A model generated the notes under the pieces. The model worked only from the letters and a program-made list of their open reading frames with translations, made no database searches and was not told the DNA's origin. From NCBI GenBank assembly GCA_951406725.2, contig OX597817.1, forward strand, positions 76,508,001-76,572,000: a stretch of DNA of 64,000 bases, read 5' to 3'. Made by a program: the position numbers and the translations under genes. Positions within the stretch are counted from its first letter, which is position 1. Each line of letters starts with the position of its first letter. This stretch comes from Octopus vulgaris. Lineage: Eukaryota. Shown in pieces: positions 42,169-55,605 of the stretch.

Positions 42169-42407
42169 CTGGCAAATAGAAATGCGTGCGCGTGTATGCA
42201 CACGCGCACGCACGCACGCACGCACGCACACACATGCATGAGCACACATACACATGCACACACACACACACACAAACACGTGCGCGTAGACTCGCCAGTT
42301 ATATGTAGGTATGTGTCTCTGTATCTATACATTAAATGGATGTGTGTGTTTACATATTTTCGTGTATATGTGTACATATGTAAACCTATACATATACATA
42401 TATACAA

Positions 42408-42452
<45 letters not shown>

Positions 42453-42873
42453 CGTATGTATGTATGTATGTATATATATATATATATATATACATACATA
42501 TATATACACTCACACACACATTCCTATATGTATGTAGATATGTATTTATGAGAGCACGTATGTATATAAGAGGTATAATTATATATATATATGTATGTAT
42601 GTATATTTATGTATGTATATATTTTTTTATATATATGCACCATTACTTATATTAGTGTGGGGGTGTTGGGGTGTATGCGTGCACACAGGCGCACTTCCTT
42701 GCTTCTATGTCTGTATGAAGTGGGTCGCAGACACATAGAGTCAGATAGATATATAGATAGATAGAAAGATAGATAGATAGATAGATAGATATATGTACAT
42801 ATATATGTATGTATGTATGTGGTATGTATGTATATATTTATATATACATATACATAAATACATATATATATGC

Positions 42874-43271
<398 letters not shown>

Positions 43272-43311
43272 ATATATGCATGCGTGTGTGTGCGTGTATA
43301 TACATACATAC

Positions 43312-43371
<60 letters not shown>

Positions 43372-43405
43372 ATTTGATTGAACACCATGCATCCATTTTC
43401 AAGTG

Positions 43406-43438
<33 letters not shown>

Positions 43439-43505
43439 AATATATGCATATATACATACATTTATGTACATACCTACATATATATGTATATATACATACA
43501 TATAT

Positions 43506-44770
43506 GGGTATAGGACATCAAAATGACGTTGAACACAATGAGAAACGAAAACATAAACACAAAAACATAGAAGCGAACATTTTTTCGAGCAACGAAAAAA
43601 AGAAACAGAGTAACGGGACATACAACATAAATATTATTCCCCTTCATCAGTTATCCCTGTTTCAACTACTCCACGTTTCGAAGGCCAGGACGAGATTTGA
43701 CTTCGTTGAAACAGTCCTTTCTCTTTGCCTTTTGGTATCAATGTCTTCAGTAGTAGAACCATCCCGAAGACTACAAAGTCAGTCTTGGTTTCTGATTTTC
43801 TCATTGTTCGACGTATGTATGGAGGGCTACGACGGGCTGAAAATCCCCTCCCCTAGCTCAGCTCTGTACAGGGACGATGGTCTGGCTACCACAAGCGTGA
43901 ACAAGACCACGAAAGATCTGATAAAGGTTTTTAAAAATTTAACCTAAATAAAACGATCATCAAAACTTTGACAAAAGTCGACTTCTTGGACGTAAACCTA
44001 GACCTGAAGACAGGCAAGTACTACCTCTATAGGAAGTCCAACATGGAAACTATATATATCTACAGAAACTTCGATCACCTAACAGTTTCAATTAAGGACC
44101 TAAACACAGGCATGACTACAAGACTCTCTAAATTATCAGTGGATAGATATATCTTCAACAGACCCCAAAACTATCAGATCGAGTGGATACAGTGATAAAT
44201 TATTATATATTGAGAACACTATCCCAACCCCACCTCCGAACTGGAAGAGTGGGAGAAAGACAAAGACAATGTGGTTCAATTTTTCGTTTAACCTAGAAGT
44301 TACGACCAATTTGTCTCGAATCTTCCTGACGCTGATTTAAAATATCATTCGTCTTGAACTCATAAGTATTATAAACATCTCAACATCAAGATCATTTACT
44401 CCTGCTTAGATAACATCACTTCCGACATTGCACGCTACAGTACCCTTAAAGAAATACCTACACAGCCTTCAATACATAGTCGAACCTGTAACTGTCTTTC
44501 AAGTGCCCACTAGGATAATCCTACCTGTCAAAGGTTATCGTATGTAGAGCCGCATTCACACCATTCGATGCCATTCAGCAGACTAACTTCTCCAACATCG
44601 AATGGCATATATTGACAGAGCCCCTCCGTACTTACCTGGAACACGCAGTTGCCAACTCTGCTTCCACGAGAAACTACACATGCTCCACCAACCTGCAGTA
44701 TCAATTAGCAGTAAGAACGAGCTATCTTACTGTTGCTATCAGAGGTACCCCCACTTAATGAACTTCAAGT
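43506..44770 (+). mobile_element. Decayed Penelope-like element with an inverted terminal repeat (about 43506-43725) and RT fragments
   Basis: GYDG..ALYRDDGLA (RT catalytic YxDD), KVDFLDVNLDLKTGKYYLYRK, TMWFN; multiple stops and frameshifts. Confidence 0.85.
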
Positions 44771-45267
44771 AATTGTCAGCCAACTATCCAGATATACAAA
44801 ATTAGGCCTCGCTGTTTCATACACAAAGGTAGCACGGTATGTGATCCCTGTCTCCCATATCGTCTTTGCTGATAATCCAACCTAGCAACATTAAATCTGG
44901 TTACTTCCACGGAAAAGCTGTTACCGATAAAATGTTAGTTCTCCACTAATATGCGACAACAACCCACCCTTTCTTGCTTGTTTGTTGCATATTTATTAAA
45001 TTGAGGTTAAACTGCTTTAAAAGAAAACCTAAAGCTTTATAATCTAACTATAAAATTATCTTAATTACTTATAAAACTGTATAAATGCAAAGTATTACTG
45101 AAATATTAATCCGACGGTTTTGATATTAAGAATAAGTTTTGCGAGATTGGTGCATTAATTAATATTTTGATTTTAATTAACTGTAGATAATAGATTATTT
45201 GTAAGATTAATCATTTTTATTTTCAAACGTAAAGAAAAAGCATATGATTTATCAGCATATGGTTATT

Positions 45268-45357
<90 letters not shown>

Positions 45358-45359
<2 letters not shown>

Positions 45360-45860
45360 AGACATGCAGGAAGTAAACAGACACCTTTAATTTTCAAAAT
45401 ATCTGATCTAGCGTCTTAATATGTTTTCAGCGGTGTAGAATATACAATGTAATTATTCTTTTTCATTCCAGGTGCCATTCTATTAAACATTTACGAAGAG
45501 TAACCATGCCACGCACAAAAAATTAAGCAGAACTGTCTGAAGTCGTATTGTTGGGCAATCTGAGGCAAAAAAATTGCTGAAAATCTTCAAATTCCTCTTG
45601 CTACTGTTAATTGAATTATAGTGCAATTAAAAGAATCAACAGATTCTCGTCCCGGCCTACCTGGGCCCTCGGAAAGGAAGCTTCACTGTTTGAAGAGAAT
45701 TGTGGAAAACGTACCCCATTCGAGAGCTTCTGATATTGCAAAATAGCTAGAAGTTAGTCCATACGTGTGTTACATATCTGCATAAGCTTGGGTGTTACTG
45801 ACGAGCAGCTAAAAGAAAATCTCTCCTTCAATCAATTAATATCAAATAAAAGATCTTGAA
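45358..45860 (+). mobile_element. Tc1-like transposon 5' remnant
   Basis: TA|CAG start. Broken N-terminal HTH: MPRTK../IAENLQIPLATVN*IIVQ..SRPG. Confidence 0.6.
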
Positions 45861-45960
45861 AATTAACTTTCTGTATGTCTGTGTATATATATGTGTGTGT
45901 GAGTGTTTGTATTATGTATACACATATACTCATATATACATACATACATACATACATACA

Positions 45961-45991
<31 letters not shown>

Positions 45992-46316
45992 GTATGTGTG
46001 TATGACTGTATATGCATATATATGTTCAGAGAAAAAGTGAGAGAGAGAGAAAGAGAGAAAGAAAAGAAGGAAAGAAAAAAGGAAGAAAGAAAATAAATAA
46101 ATAAAGAAAGAAAGAAAGAAAGCGAAAAAAGAAAACGGGTGGGAAACTTGGATTATTATGTATGAATATATAGTTAAGAAGATAGATACTCAATTACATA
46201 CTTCTGGATTCGACTACCTTGCAAAGTACACTAGGTAGTCGTTTTTCTAAATTCGTCTGGAATCAGTCCACACCTTGTTAGTGAAATCAGTTTTAAAAAA
46301 ACCGCAGATGCTTGTT

Positions 46317-47036
46317 GGGATCTTTCTGTTTGGCTACACCTGTGGCAATTTTAAGGTTGAATGAAAATTTCAAAATTTCGTGTATCGATGTAATTTTCCA
46401 CGTTGAGTTTCAGGGGCTAATTCACTTTTCTAGAAACATTTTTTAAAAAAATGTTATAGAAATTTAAAGTTTGATAATTTTTACCAAGTCGGAAAACAAG
46501 ATTTCGAGGCTGTCATTTTGTGCGTGACTGCACGTGTTGTCAACTGTAAATAAATGAAATACTGGCCGAATACTGCTTTACGCACGCCATATTACCCATC
46601 ATAACTTTTTTTTAATTTTGTGCATTTTCAGAAAATTTTGGCGAATTTATATTCTATACACGGGAATTCATACGATTATGAAAAAGGAAAAGAATTGGTG
46701 CATGATTTAAGGCATATTTAGAAATTATTTTTAGCACATCTCACGACCACCGCATACCGCATGTGTTTTAAGCATTCAATACGCAAAAATGATCACATGG
46801 GTAAGAAGCTTGGTAACAGCTTACCTTTTTACTATGGAAACAGGCACTTATATGTGTATGGCTTTCGCATGGCTGAAATTACCCTAAGTTTGCAAACTTT
46901 TAAGGCTATTAACTCTTTATTAAATTAATTTCTTGTCAATGATTACCATGCAAAACGACATCAATACATGAAATATGAAATCAATTGGGACAATATTGAA
47001 GATATGTAAAAGTTGTATCCAAACAGAACAGATCCG
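46317..47036. mobile_element. Non-autonomous DNA transposon with long imperfect TIRs (possibly Sola-like)
   Basis: GGGATCTTTCTGTTTGGCTAC / GTATCCAAACAGAACAGATCC. Inner arms TTTCGTGTATCGATGT / ACATCAATACATGAAA. Confidence 0.7.
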
Positions 47037-47189
47037 TCAGTTAGACAGAGAGTACTTATTCTTAGATAGGTGAGACATACCACTGTGTCAATAAATACCA
47101 CTACTCTTGGTGTTTTTTCATTGAACAGCATTCTGCTTCAAGTATTCCGATCAGGTTATCTGCCTCTTCGTCCTGTTACTTTCCACTTA

Positions 47190-48790
47190 AGAAAAAGGTT
47201 ATGAAGAAAGAGGGCGAGACCAAGGCTATTACAACAGCAAAGAGTGTCTCCAGGCTTTCTAATCAATGTAAACCTATCCACAAAAAGATGGAAAAATTGC
47301 TTTGCCAGTGGATCAACGAGAAGTAACTCGCAAGGGATACGATTACAGATACCATCATCTGCAAGAAAGCACGGGCGCTGTATGGGGATCTCCAGAAGCA
47401 GTGCCGTGGAACATCGACGGAGGAGACATCAATAGATGCATTTAAGGCCAGTCGCGGTTGGTTTCATAATTTCACGAAGGCGACTTGTGTTCATAGCTTT
47501 GTCATGTATGGAGAAGCAGCGAGTTCTGACACAAAGACAGCTGAAGATTTCGTTCGTGAATTCCACCAGGTCATTGCAGCCGAGGAGTACATCGCACAAC
47601 AGGTATCCAACTGTGATGAAACTGGCCTATTTTGGGAAAGATATGCACAGGAGAACCTACGTAAGTGCAAAGGAGAAGAAAATGCCAGGCCACAAGCCTA
47701 CGAAAGATAGGCTAACTCTCGCCCTTTGTACCAATGCGAGTGGAAACTTGAAGATTGAGCTACTTCTTGTCTACCATTCCGAAAACCCACGAGTGTTCAA
47801 GTCGCAAAAAATCCCGAAGGGCAAACTGTAGGTTATATGGAGGTCAAACGCTAAAGCCTGGGTCACCAGGCAATTCTTATCCGTGTGGGTCAATCTTGTC
47901 TTCAGACCAGCAGTGAAAAAGTATCTTCTGGAGAGCAATCTTCCTCTCAAAGTCCTCCTCCTCATCCTCGTCTATGCCCCTGCTCACCCTTTTAACCTCG
48001 AAGATGTCACGCAACACCACTCCTATCTTGCAACCCATGGAAAACAGGTGATTCTTAATCTTAAGAAATTGTACACCAAACGCCTGTTTCGTCGGTGCTT
48101 TGAAGTCACCGAAAATACAAATCTAATGCTTCGTAAATTTTGAAAGGAGCACTACAACATTGTAAACTGCCAGCCTGGCAGTGTAGCAGAGAACAGTGAA
48201 GCGGAGAATGCTATCTCTACGAGTGACATAACGGCAGTGTTGGCAAAGTGGCAGTATGTTTCTGAATTTGTAGAAAAATATCATCCTGAAGGCGGCGAAC
48301 TAGCAGAAACGTTAGCGCGCCGAGCAAAATGCTTAGTGGTATTTCGTCTGCCGTTATGTTCTGAGTTCAAATTCCGCCGAGGTCGACTTTGCCTTTCATC
48401 CTTTCGGGGTTGATTAAATAAGTACCAGTTACGCACTGGAGTCGATATAATCGACTTAATCCGTTTGTCTGTCCTTATTTGTCCCCTCTATGTTTAGTCC
48501 CTTGTGGGCAATAAAGAAATAAGAAAAATATCATCCTGAAAAAATAGCTATAGGTCATGCAGCTGCTTTATTTAATGACACACCTCTTGCACATTTTTGT
48601 AACATTTTGAAACGGCAGGAAAAAACTGACTTCTCTTCATATGTTTCTAATGAAACGGACCTGCAAGTGTAAAAAGTAAAGAAAACGTGTCGAAAAAGCC
48701 TAAATTAAACGGAGAGAGAAAACGCCAGAAATTGTTTTTCATGAAGTCTTAATGAAAGGAGATTCTCCGTCTAATCAGTAATCCTCCACC
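47190..48790 (+). pseudogene. Degenerate Tigger/pogo (CENP-B/DDE_1) transposase, interrupted by a SINE
   Basis: FKASRGWFHNF, GEAASSDTKTAEDF...QQVSNCDETGLFW, MPGHKPTKDRLTLALCTNASG..LLVYHSENPRVFK, WRSNAKAWVT, LPLKVLL...APAHP. Confidence 0.92.
48291..48521 (+). mobile_element. Full-length SINE family A with 19-bp TSD, nested in the Tigger element
   Basis: AGAAAAATATCATCCTGAA at 48272-48290 and 48522-48540. Confidence 0.95.
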
Positions 48791-48845
48791 CCCCCCTGCC
48801 TGATCGTCTTCCTCACGCACAAAATGAATACATATATACATGCAG

Positions 48846-48890
<45 letters not shown>

Positions 48891-48922
48891 CACACACACA
48901 CACACACATATAAATATATACA

Positions 48923-49335
48923 GGCGCAGTAATGGCTTGCTTCCCAACTACATGCTTCTGGGTTCAGTCGCACTGCGTGGAACCTTGAGCAGGTATCTTC
49001 TACTATAGCCTGGTCCCAACCAAAGCCTGGTGAGTAGATTTGGTAGGCGGAAACTGAAAGAAGCCCGTCCTATATATGTATGTATGTATGTGTATATAAA
49101 TGTGTGTGTGTGTGTGTGTGTGTGCGTGTGTGTGTGTTTGTGTATCATTGTGTCTGTGGTTATCTCTCAACATCGATTGACAACCGATGTCGGTGCGTCT
49201 GCGTCTCCGTAACTTAGCGGTTCTGCAAAAGAGACCGATGTAATAAGTACCAGGCTTACAAGGAATAGGTCCTGGGGTCGATTTGTTCGACTAAAGGCTG
49301 TGTTCCAGGATGGCTGCAGTCAAACAATAAAAGAA
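48923..49335 (+). mobile_element. SINE family B (bipartite, internal TA/TG microsatellite)
   Basis: GGCGCAG..GGGTTCAGTC..ACCTTGAGCAGGT..GGAAACTGAAAGAAGCCCGTC-(TA/TG)n-..CTTAGCGGTTC..CCTGGGGTCGATTTGTTCGACTAAAGGC. Confidence 0.9.
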
Positions 49336-49406
49336 CATATACATATATATACATATACACATGCATATACATATATACATATATACATATATATATATAT
49401 ACATAT

Positions 49407-49493
<87 letters not shown>

Positions 49494-49566
49494 TACATAC
49501 ATATATATATATATATTCATATATATAAATACACATATATATGTATATATATGCATACGTATATAT

Positions 49567-49768
49567 GAACTCGTGTGTACCGTTGGCGATTTTTTTCCCT
49601 CTGTCTTCCCTTCTCTGGATCTTTCCTTCTCCTATGTTTCCGACGAAGAGCTCCGCTCGAAACGTTAAACCCTCCTTCTTTCCTTCTTTCCTGAGCGTCC
49701 AATAATACTATATTTGTTCCACGTCCTCGCGTTGTGTTTTTTTGTGCTTTCTTGTTTGGATTAACTTT
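49567..49768 (+). mobile_element. Solo Penelope-type terminal repeat in (TA)n
   Basis: 200-bp pyrimidine-rich insert between TA arrays that contains a minimal hammerhead fold. Confidence 0.65.
49636..49670 (+). ncRNA. Minimal type I hammerhead-like ribozyme (variant core CCGACGA)
   Basis: GTTT-CCGACGAA-GAGC-TCC-GCTC-GAAAC-GTT-AAAC: stem I GTTT/AAAC, stem II GAGC/GCTC, palindromic ACGT stem III. Confidence 0.65.
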
Positions 49769-49769
49769 A

Positions 49770-49823
<54 letters not shown>

Positions 49824-49886
49824 TATGTGTGTGTGTGTGTGTATGTGTGTGTGTGTATAGAGAGAGAGGTTATGAGAGGTAATATT

Positions 49887-51080
49887 AATTATATTGAGGG
49901 TACACGGAATCTCACCGTTGCTAGAAATGAGTTGAAAAATACTCAAATAAGCTATCATTTCACTGAAAATACAACAGGCTAACAAAAATCGAGGGATGGG
50001 CAAAATTTAACGTGCCATTGCGGCTGAAAATCGCTAATGCGTATCACAGATATACCTATATCACATGATTTCGAACTTTGAGATATTTCCCTTTGAACTC
50101 AGCAGTCGGTCACGCTGTTAGCCAAGGGTTAAATATAATTTTCGCTGCTACTTCGTGTATCCTCAATATAATTAATAATCAATTATAAATTTATACATTT
50201 GCCTTTTTGGCTTTAATGCTTGCTGGCCACTTATATTATTGTTGTTGTTATATATTATTAATACTATTAATATCTTTATTCATTTATGTATAACTAGCAG
50301 TATCGCCCGGCGTTGCTCGGGTTTGTAAGGGAAATAACTATATAAGCATTTTTAGAGAGTTATAGCCAAAAAATAGCAAAAAATGCATCAAAAATGGAAA
50401 AAAATGATGGCAAATTTTTTTAAAAATCGTTGACTCAACGTAGACATTTTTAGAGAATTACTTCCCTTATATAATAGCGAAAAATACATTAAAATGGAAA
50501 AAATGATGATAAATTATTTTTAAAATCGTAGACACATCGTAGACGCGCGCTAATACCCAGAAGGGCTCGATATGAATCACGACTATAAGATACCCGGTTT
50601 GGGTTAAACTGCACCGCAAAATGTGGGAGTAGTTAAGAATCTAAATCGTAGGAGACAGACACACAACTTCACTTTTATATATAAAGATTACACACTGATA
50701 TAGTTTGAGTTTGGCGTTGATCTTTCAACGATTTTGTACCAGCGTTCCTAGAATTAAGTGTCGAAAAATATATTCAACCCTTGGCTAACAGCGAGACTTA
50801 CTGCTGAGAACTAAGGGAAATATCTCAAAGTTCAAAATCACGTGATATAGATATACACGTGATCCTCATTTGCAACTTTCAACCGCAATGGTAAGTTATA
50901 TTTTGCTCGTCCCGCGACTTTTGTCAGCCTGTTGCATTTTCATTGAAATGGTGGCTTATTTGAGTATTTTTCGACTCCTGTTTCTAGCAACGCTGGTACT
51001 TCATGTATCCTCAATATAATAAATTCATAAATTTGCCTTTTTGGCTTTAATGTTTACTGGCCATTTATATTATTGTTGTT
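49887..51080. repeat. ~250-bp inverted repeat (about 49887-50137 / 50769-51022) plus ~100-bp direct repeat (about 50148-50250 / 50997-51080)
   Basis: GCTGTTAGCCAAGGGTT / AACCCTTGGCTAACAGC; AAAAATACTCAAATAAGC / GCTTATTTGAGTATTTTT. Confidence 0.85.
50294..50687 (-). mobile_element. Intact non-autonomous Helitron
   Basis: On the minus strand it reads A|TCTTTATATATAAAAG ... CCCGAGCAACGCCGGG hairpin - CGATACTG - CTAG|T: 5' TC, 3' CTAG, A|T target, no TSD. Confidence 0.9.
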
Positions 51081-51091
51081 ATTAATTATAA

Positions 51092-51182
<91 letters not shown>

Positions 51183-51667
51183 ATAATGTGGGTAGCTTAT
51201 TGGCAATTTAAAAACCTAAAGGCACAGCGCTTTTGTGACTAATGAGTCGTTTTAACTCTTATTTCTAGCAATACTGTTAGCACTATGTACCCTCCGTCAC
51301 TTTAGTAACGTCTATAAATTTGCCTTTAAGATTTTTAATTGGTAATAAGCTAATCACGTTATTTATAGTTTACACCTCTACCGCTTTTGAAATCAGCATA
51401 TGTTTTCAAATGTATTTCTTATCAGTTGGCCGTTGGCGAGGCGATTTGAGCTTAAACCTAGGTTCCGTAAGAGTCACTGACGAGAATTAAGATGATCTTC
51501 GTCAAAATTCGAAATCACGTAATATGGCTATATCTGCAACAGTAGGGAGCTTTGTCTCCATTGTCAACTTACGAAGATAACGCTTTTGCCTAATGAGTCA
51601 TTTTAACTCTTATTTCTAGCAATGTGGTACCACTTTGCATTTATAAAATTTGCTTATATATATATGT

Positions 51668-51868
51668 TCGACGGGTCGTGTTTTCCAAAAACTGTCCTTA
51701 CCTTCGAAACACGCATGGAGTCGAACCGGGAACAGCTGATGAAGGGGAATGTTCCTTGTGTCGTTTGTCTTGTGCTCTGTTTTTTCGTTGTTAAAAAAAG
51801 TCCGTTTCCATGTTTTTATGTTTTAGTTTCTCGTTCAGTTCTACGTCTATTTGTGGCGTCCTGTACTC
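51668..51868 (+). mobile_element. Penelope-type terminal repeat fragment
   Basis: CCTTCGAAAC...GGAGT...CTGATGAAGGGGAAT followed by a T-rich tail; homologous to the minus strand of 43506-43725. Confidence 0.65.
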
Positions 51869-51877
51869 ATATATATA

Positions 51878-52019
51878 CTTAGCGGTTCGGCAAAAGAGAC
51901 CGATAGAATAAGTGCTGGGCTTACAAAAGAATAAGTCCTGGGGTCGAGTTGCTCGACTAAAGGCGGTGCTCCAGAATGGCCGCGGTCAAATGACTGGAAC
52001 AAGTAAAAGAGTAAAAAGA

Positions 52020-52020
<1 letters not shown>
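51878..52020 (+). mobile_element. SINE-B 3' half
   Basis: CTTAGCGGTTCGGCAAAAGAGACCGATAGAATAAG...GGCCGCGGTCAAATGACTGG. Confidence 0.9.
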
Positions 52021-52056
<36 letters not shown>

Positions 52057-52543
52057 TGTATATATACATGTAGATGTAGGTACGTACATATATGTATGTA
52101 TGTGTGCATATATTTTATTTATTAAATTATATATATGTATATATATATACATACATATATAAATATATACATATACATACATATATAAATACATATACAT
52201 ATATATCAACACATACATATACATACATATATGTATGAATACATACATACATACATACATACATACATGCATACATATATGTATGGGGAGAGAAAGAAAA
52301 GGTGAGGGAGGAGAGAGGTGGAAAGAGAGAGGAACAGACAAATAGGTAGGGGGTAGAAAGAGAAAGAAAAAATGGGTATGATTATCTACTTTGCGTAGGG
52401 AATAAGTGAATAATTGCAAGAAAGCGTAGTAGAGATATAAAGAGATTATCGTGAAAGAAGGGGTTGAGTGCAAAGAAAGGAAATGAGAAGGTGAAAGTGA
52501 GTTAGAGAAAGAGAAAGAGTGAGAGAGAGAGAGAGAGAGAGAA

Positions 52544-52584
<41 letters not shown>

Positions 52585-52817
52585 GAGAGAGAGTAGGATA
52601 AAGAAGGCAGGAAAACTAAAGGGGACGTCATAACTAAGCGTGCCATACAAATACCAGGATGAATTTGATGTTTGTATCTCCTTCTCCCTCTACCTGCCTG
52701 TCTCGCACTGTCAGTCTGTCTGTTTGTTTTCCCCCCTCTCTATCTCTCTCTCCCTCTCTCATAAACATACATATATATTTCTATATACTTGTAAATGTAT
52801 GTATATATGTACATGTA

Positions 52818-52861
<44 letters not shown>

Positions 52862-53072
52862 TATATGTATATGTGTATATATATGTATATGTGTATATAT
52901 ATGTATGTATGTATATATGTATATGTATATGAGTATATATATATTATATATATATATATATATACACGACACGCACATACATATGCATACACATATACAT
53001 ATACATATATTTACGACACACACTTACACACATACACACACACGTAAATGCATATATGTATATAAGCATATC

Positions 53073-53193
<121 letters not shown>

Positions 53194-53370
53194 CTATGTA
53201 TACGATTAGTATGAATGCGTCTCTCTCTCCCTTCTCTCTCTCCTCTCTCTCTCTCTCTCTCTGTATATATATATATATGTGTGTGTAAGCATATATGTTA
53301 TGTATGTATATATGCTTGTTTGTTTGTATGTGTGTGCGGTACTATGCGTGCGCGCGTGTGTATGTGTGTG

Positions 53371-53407
<37 letters not shown>

Positions 53408-54126
53408 GTGCATTTGTGTGTACTTGTATGTTTGGGTGTGTTCGAAGTGGCGGGGAAACAGGAAAGAATGCGAGCGAGATGTACGAGTTATGGGGAACAA
53501 TCGACAAGAGCCAGCCAAATATTCAAACAGAAATGGACGGCCGGACAAAAGAGATTGCCAAACTGAGGGAGAAGAAGAAGAAATCATTTGAAATCAACAT
53601 AAGCACAGACTGCCAATACAGAAGAGGGAGAAGAAGGGGGACAATGGGAGAGAGAGAGAGTGAGGGGACAGAGAGAAAGAGCCCAAGAGGTGGTGAGAGA
53701 GGAGTGAAGAAAGAGGGAATGAATGACGTGAACATAGTGAAGAGAAGAGGAGAGCAATTGAGGGAGATAGAAAGAATACCAATAGATATAGAGAGTTGGA
53801 ATCGAAGGCAATCGGGATAGAAACGTATGCCAAGAACGATCGGTAGGATTGAATGTTATGAATATGAAGAAAATTGGTTGGGGCCACTTGCAGACTTTTT
53901 AAGTTAGCCAAATTCGTGAAAATGATTTCGAAAGCTTCTTCTAATTGTTTAACTATTGGAGATTGGTGTGGTTGCATGTTCAAGAAATGTTGTTCATAGC
54001 CACGTGGTTTCGGATTCAGTCCCACGTCACGACCGGCATCTCCAGGAGGTGTCTTCTTTTAGAGCACCAAGCCGAATAATACCTTAGTAGAGGGTTTGGT
54101 TAGCGGAAATTATTTGGAAGCACGTC

Positions 54127-54203
<77 letters not shown>

Positions 54204-54635
54204 CATTCATCCATCTATCTGTCTGTCTGTCTGTCTGTCTATCTGTCTGCCTGTCTGCCTATCTATCTCTCTATCTCTATATTTACCTATCTATCTATCT
54301 ATCTATCTATCTATTTATCTATCTATCTATACACATAAACACACACATATACAACGGCCTTACACATGCATATGCCTTTGTTTGTGTTTGCTTCTCATCA
54401 GCTAACAAACGGTGTTATTTTATTTATGCTCCCGTCACCTAGGGGTTCGATTAAAGATATAACAACAATTCGTGGCGATATTTCTTACGGTTTTTTACAC
54501 ATTGCTTTCAAATCCCACCAAAGTTCAACTTTAACATTAATCACTTCGAGATCGATAAAATAAAGTACCAGTCAAGTACTGAGGCGGATGGTAACGACTA
54601 GTCTTTTCCTCCAAATTTCACGCCTTATGCCTATT

Positions 54636-55050
54636 CAGGGTGTTGGAGATAAATTTGACAGCTTGCACAATATCCCATCCAAAAATAGAAGTATTTCAAA
54701 TAAACAAAAATATCAGATTATGGCTGGGAAATAACAGTTAACTCAAAGTTGCCCTCATCTTTCACCCCGGCCTTCAGATGGCTGCGGAGCCTGGTGCATG
54801 TGTTCCTCACGGTGTTCTTGGGAAGATTTTCGAAAACATTCCTGATTTTGGTCACGAGCTCGGCTTTGATGTTGCAGGCTGAGCGGTGGGTGTCATTTTC
54901 GACCAAGAGAACTATGAGGCCAGAAATTAGGGCTGGTGTAATCGTAGAAATTCTCTGGTAACTACCCCTGACTCTTTCCAGCAGCAACCTTTTCCAACCA
55001 GAAGACGGTTTCTCCGTAATAAATGTCTGATGGTCTGAGGTCCGGTGAAC
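54636..55050 (-). mobile_element. Second maT-like transposon remnant (same family as 13812)
   Basis: TIR CAGGGTGTTGGAGATAAATTTGACAGC; ENDTHRSACNIKAELVTKIRNVFENLPKNTVRNTCTRLRSHLKAGVKDEGNFE. Confidence 0.85.
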
Positions 55051-55221
55051 CTTTTCATCAATTCCTTCTTTTTCACAAAATCTCTTCAAGAGGCGCTTTT
55101 ACATTATATTGGCAGTGTGAAGATGTCCTATCTTGCTAGAATTAAAACCTCACGAAGTCCTTTTGGATATTTGGTATGACAGATTCCCAAAAGAAGTTCA
55201 AGTATAATTATTTATTTTATT

Positions 55222-55605
55222 TTCATTTGTCTCAGTAATTTGGTTGCAGCTATGCTGGAGCACCGCCTTTAGTCGAAAAAATCGGTCCCAGGACTTATTC
55301 TTTGTGAGCCAAGTACTTATTCTATCGGTCTCTTTTGCTGACCCGCTAAGTTACGAGGACGTAAACACGCCAAGTTCGGTTGTCAGGTGATGGTGGTGGG
55401 AACAAGCACAGAAACACAAGCATATATATATATATATATATACGACGGGCTCCTTACAGTTTCCGTCTAACAAATCCACTCACAAGGCTTTGGTCGGCCT
55501 GAAGCTATAGTAGAAAACACTTGCCCAAGGTGACACGCAGTGGAACAGAACTCGAAACCATGTGGTTGATAAACAAGCTACTTACCACGCAGCCACTCCT
55601 GCGCC
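55222..55605 (-). mobile_element. Full-length SINE family B
   Basis: Both halves are present, ending AGCCACTCCTGCGCC (the 5' head on the minus strand). Confidence 0.92.

Noticed and set aside
47190-48790. Domesticated TIGD/CENP-B-like host gene
   Set aside because: Multiple frameshifts, stops, deletions and a SINE insertion mark it as a dead transposon.
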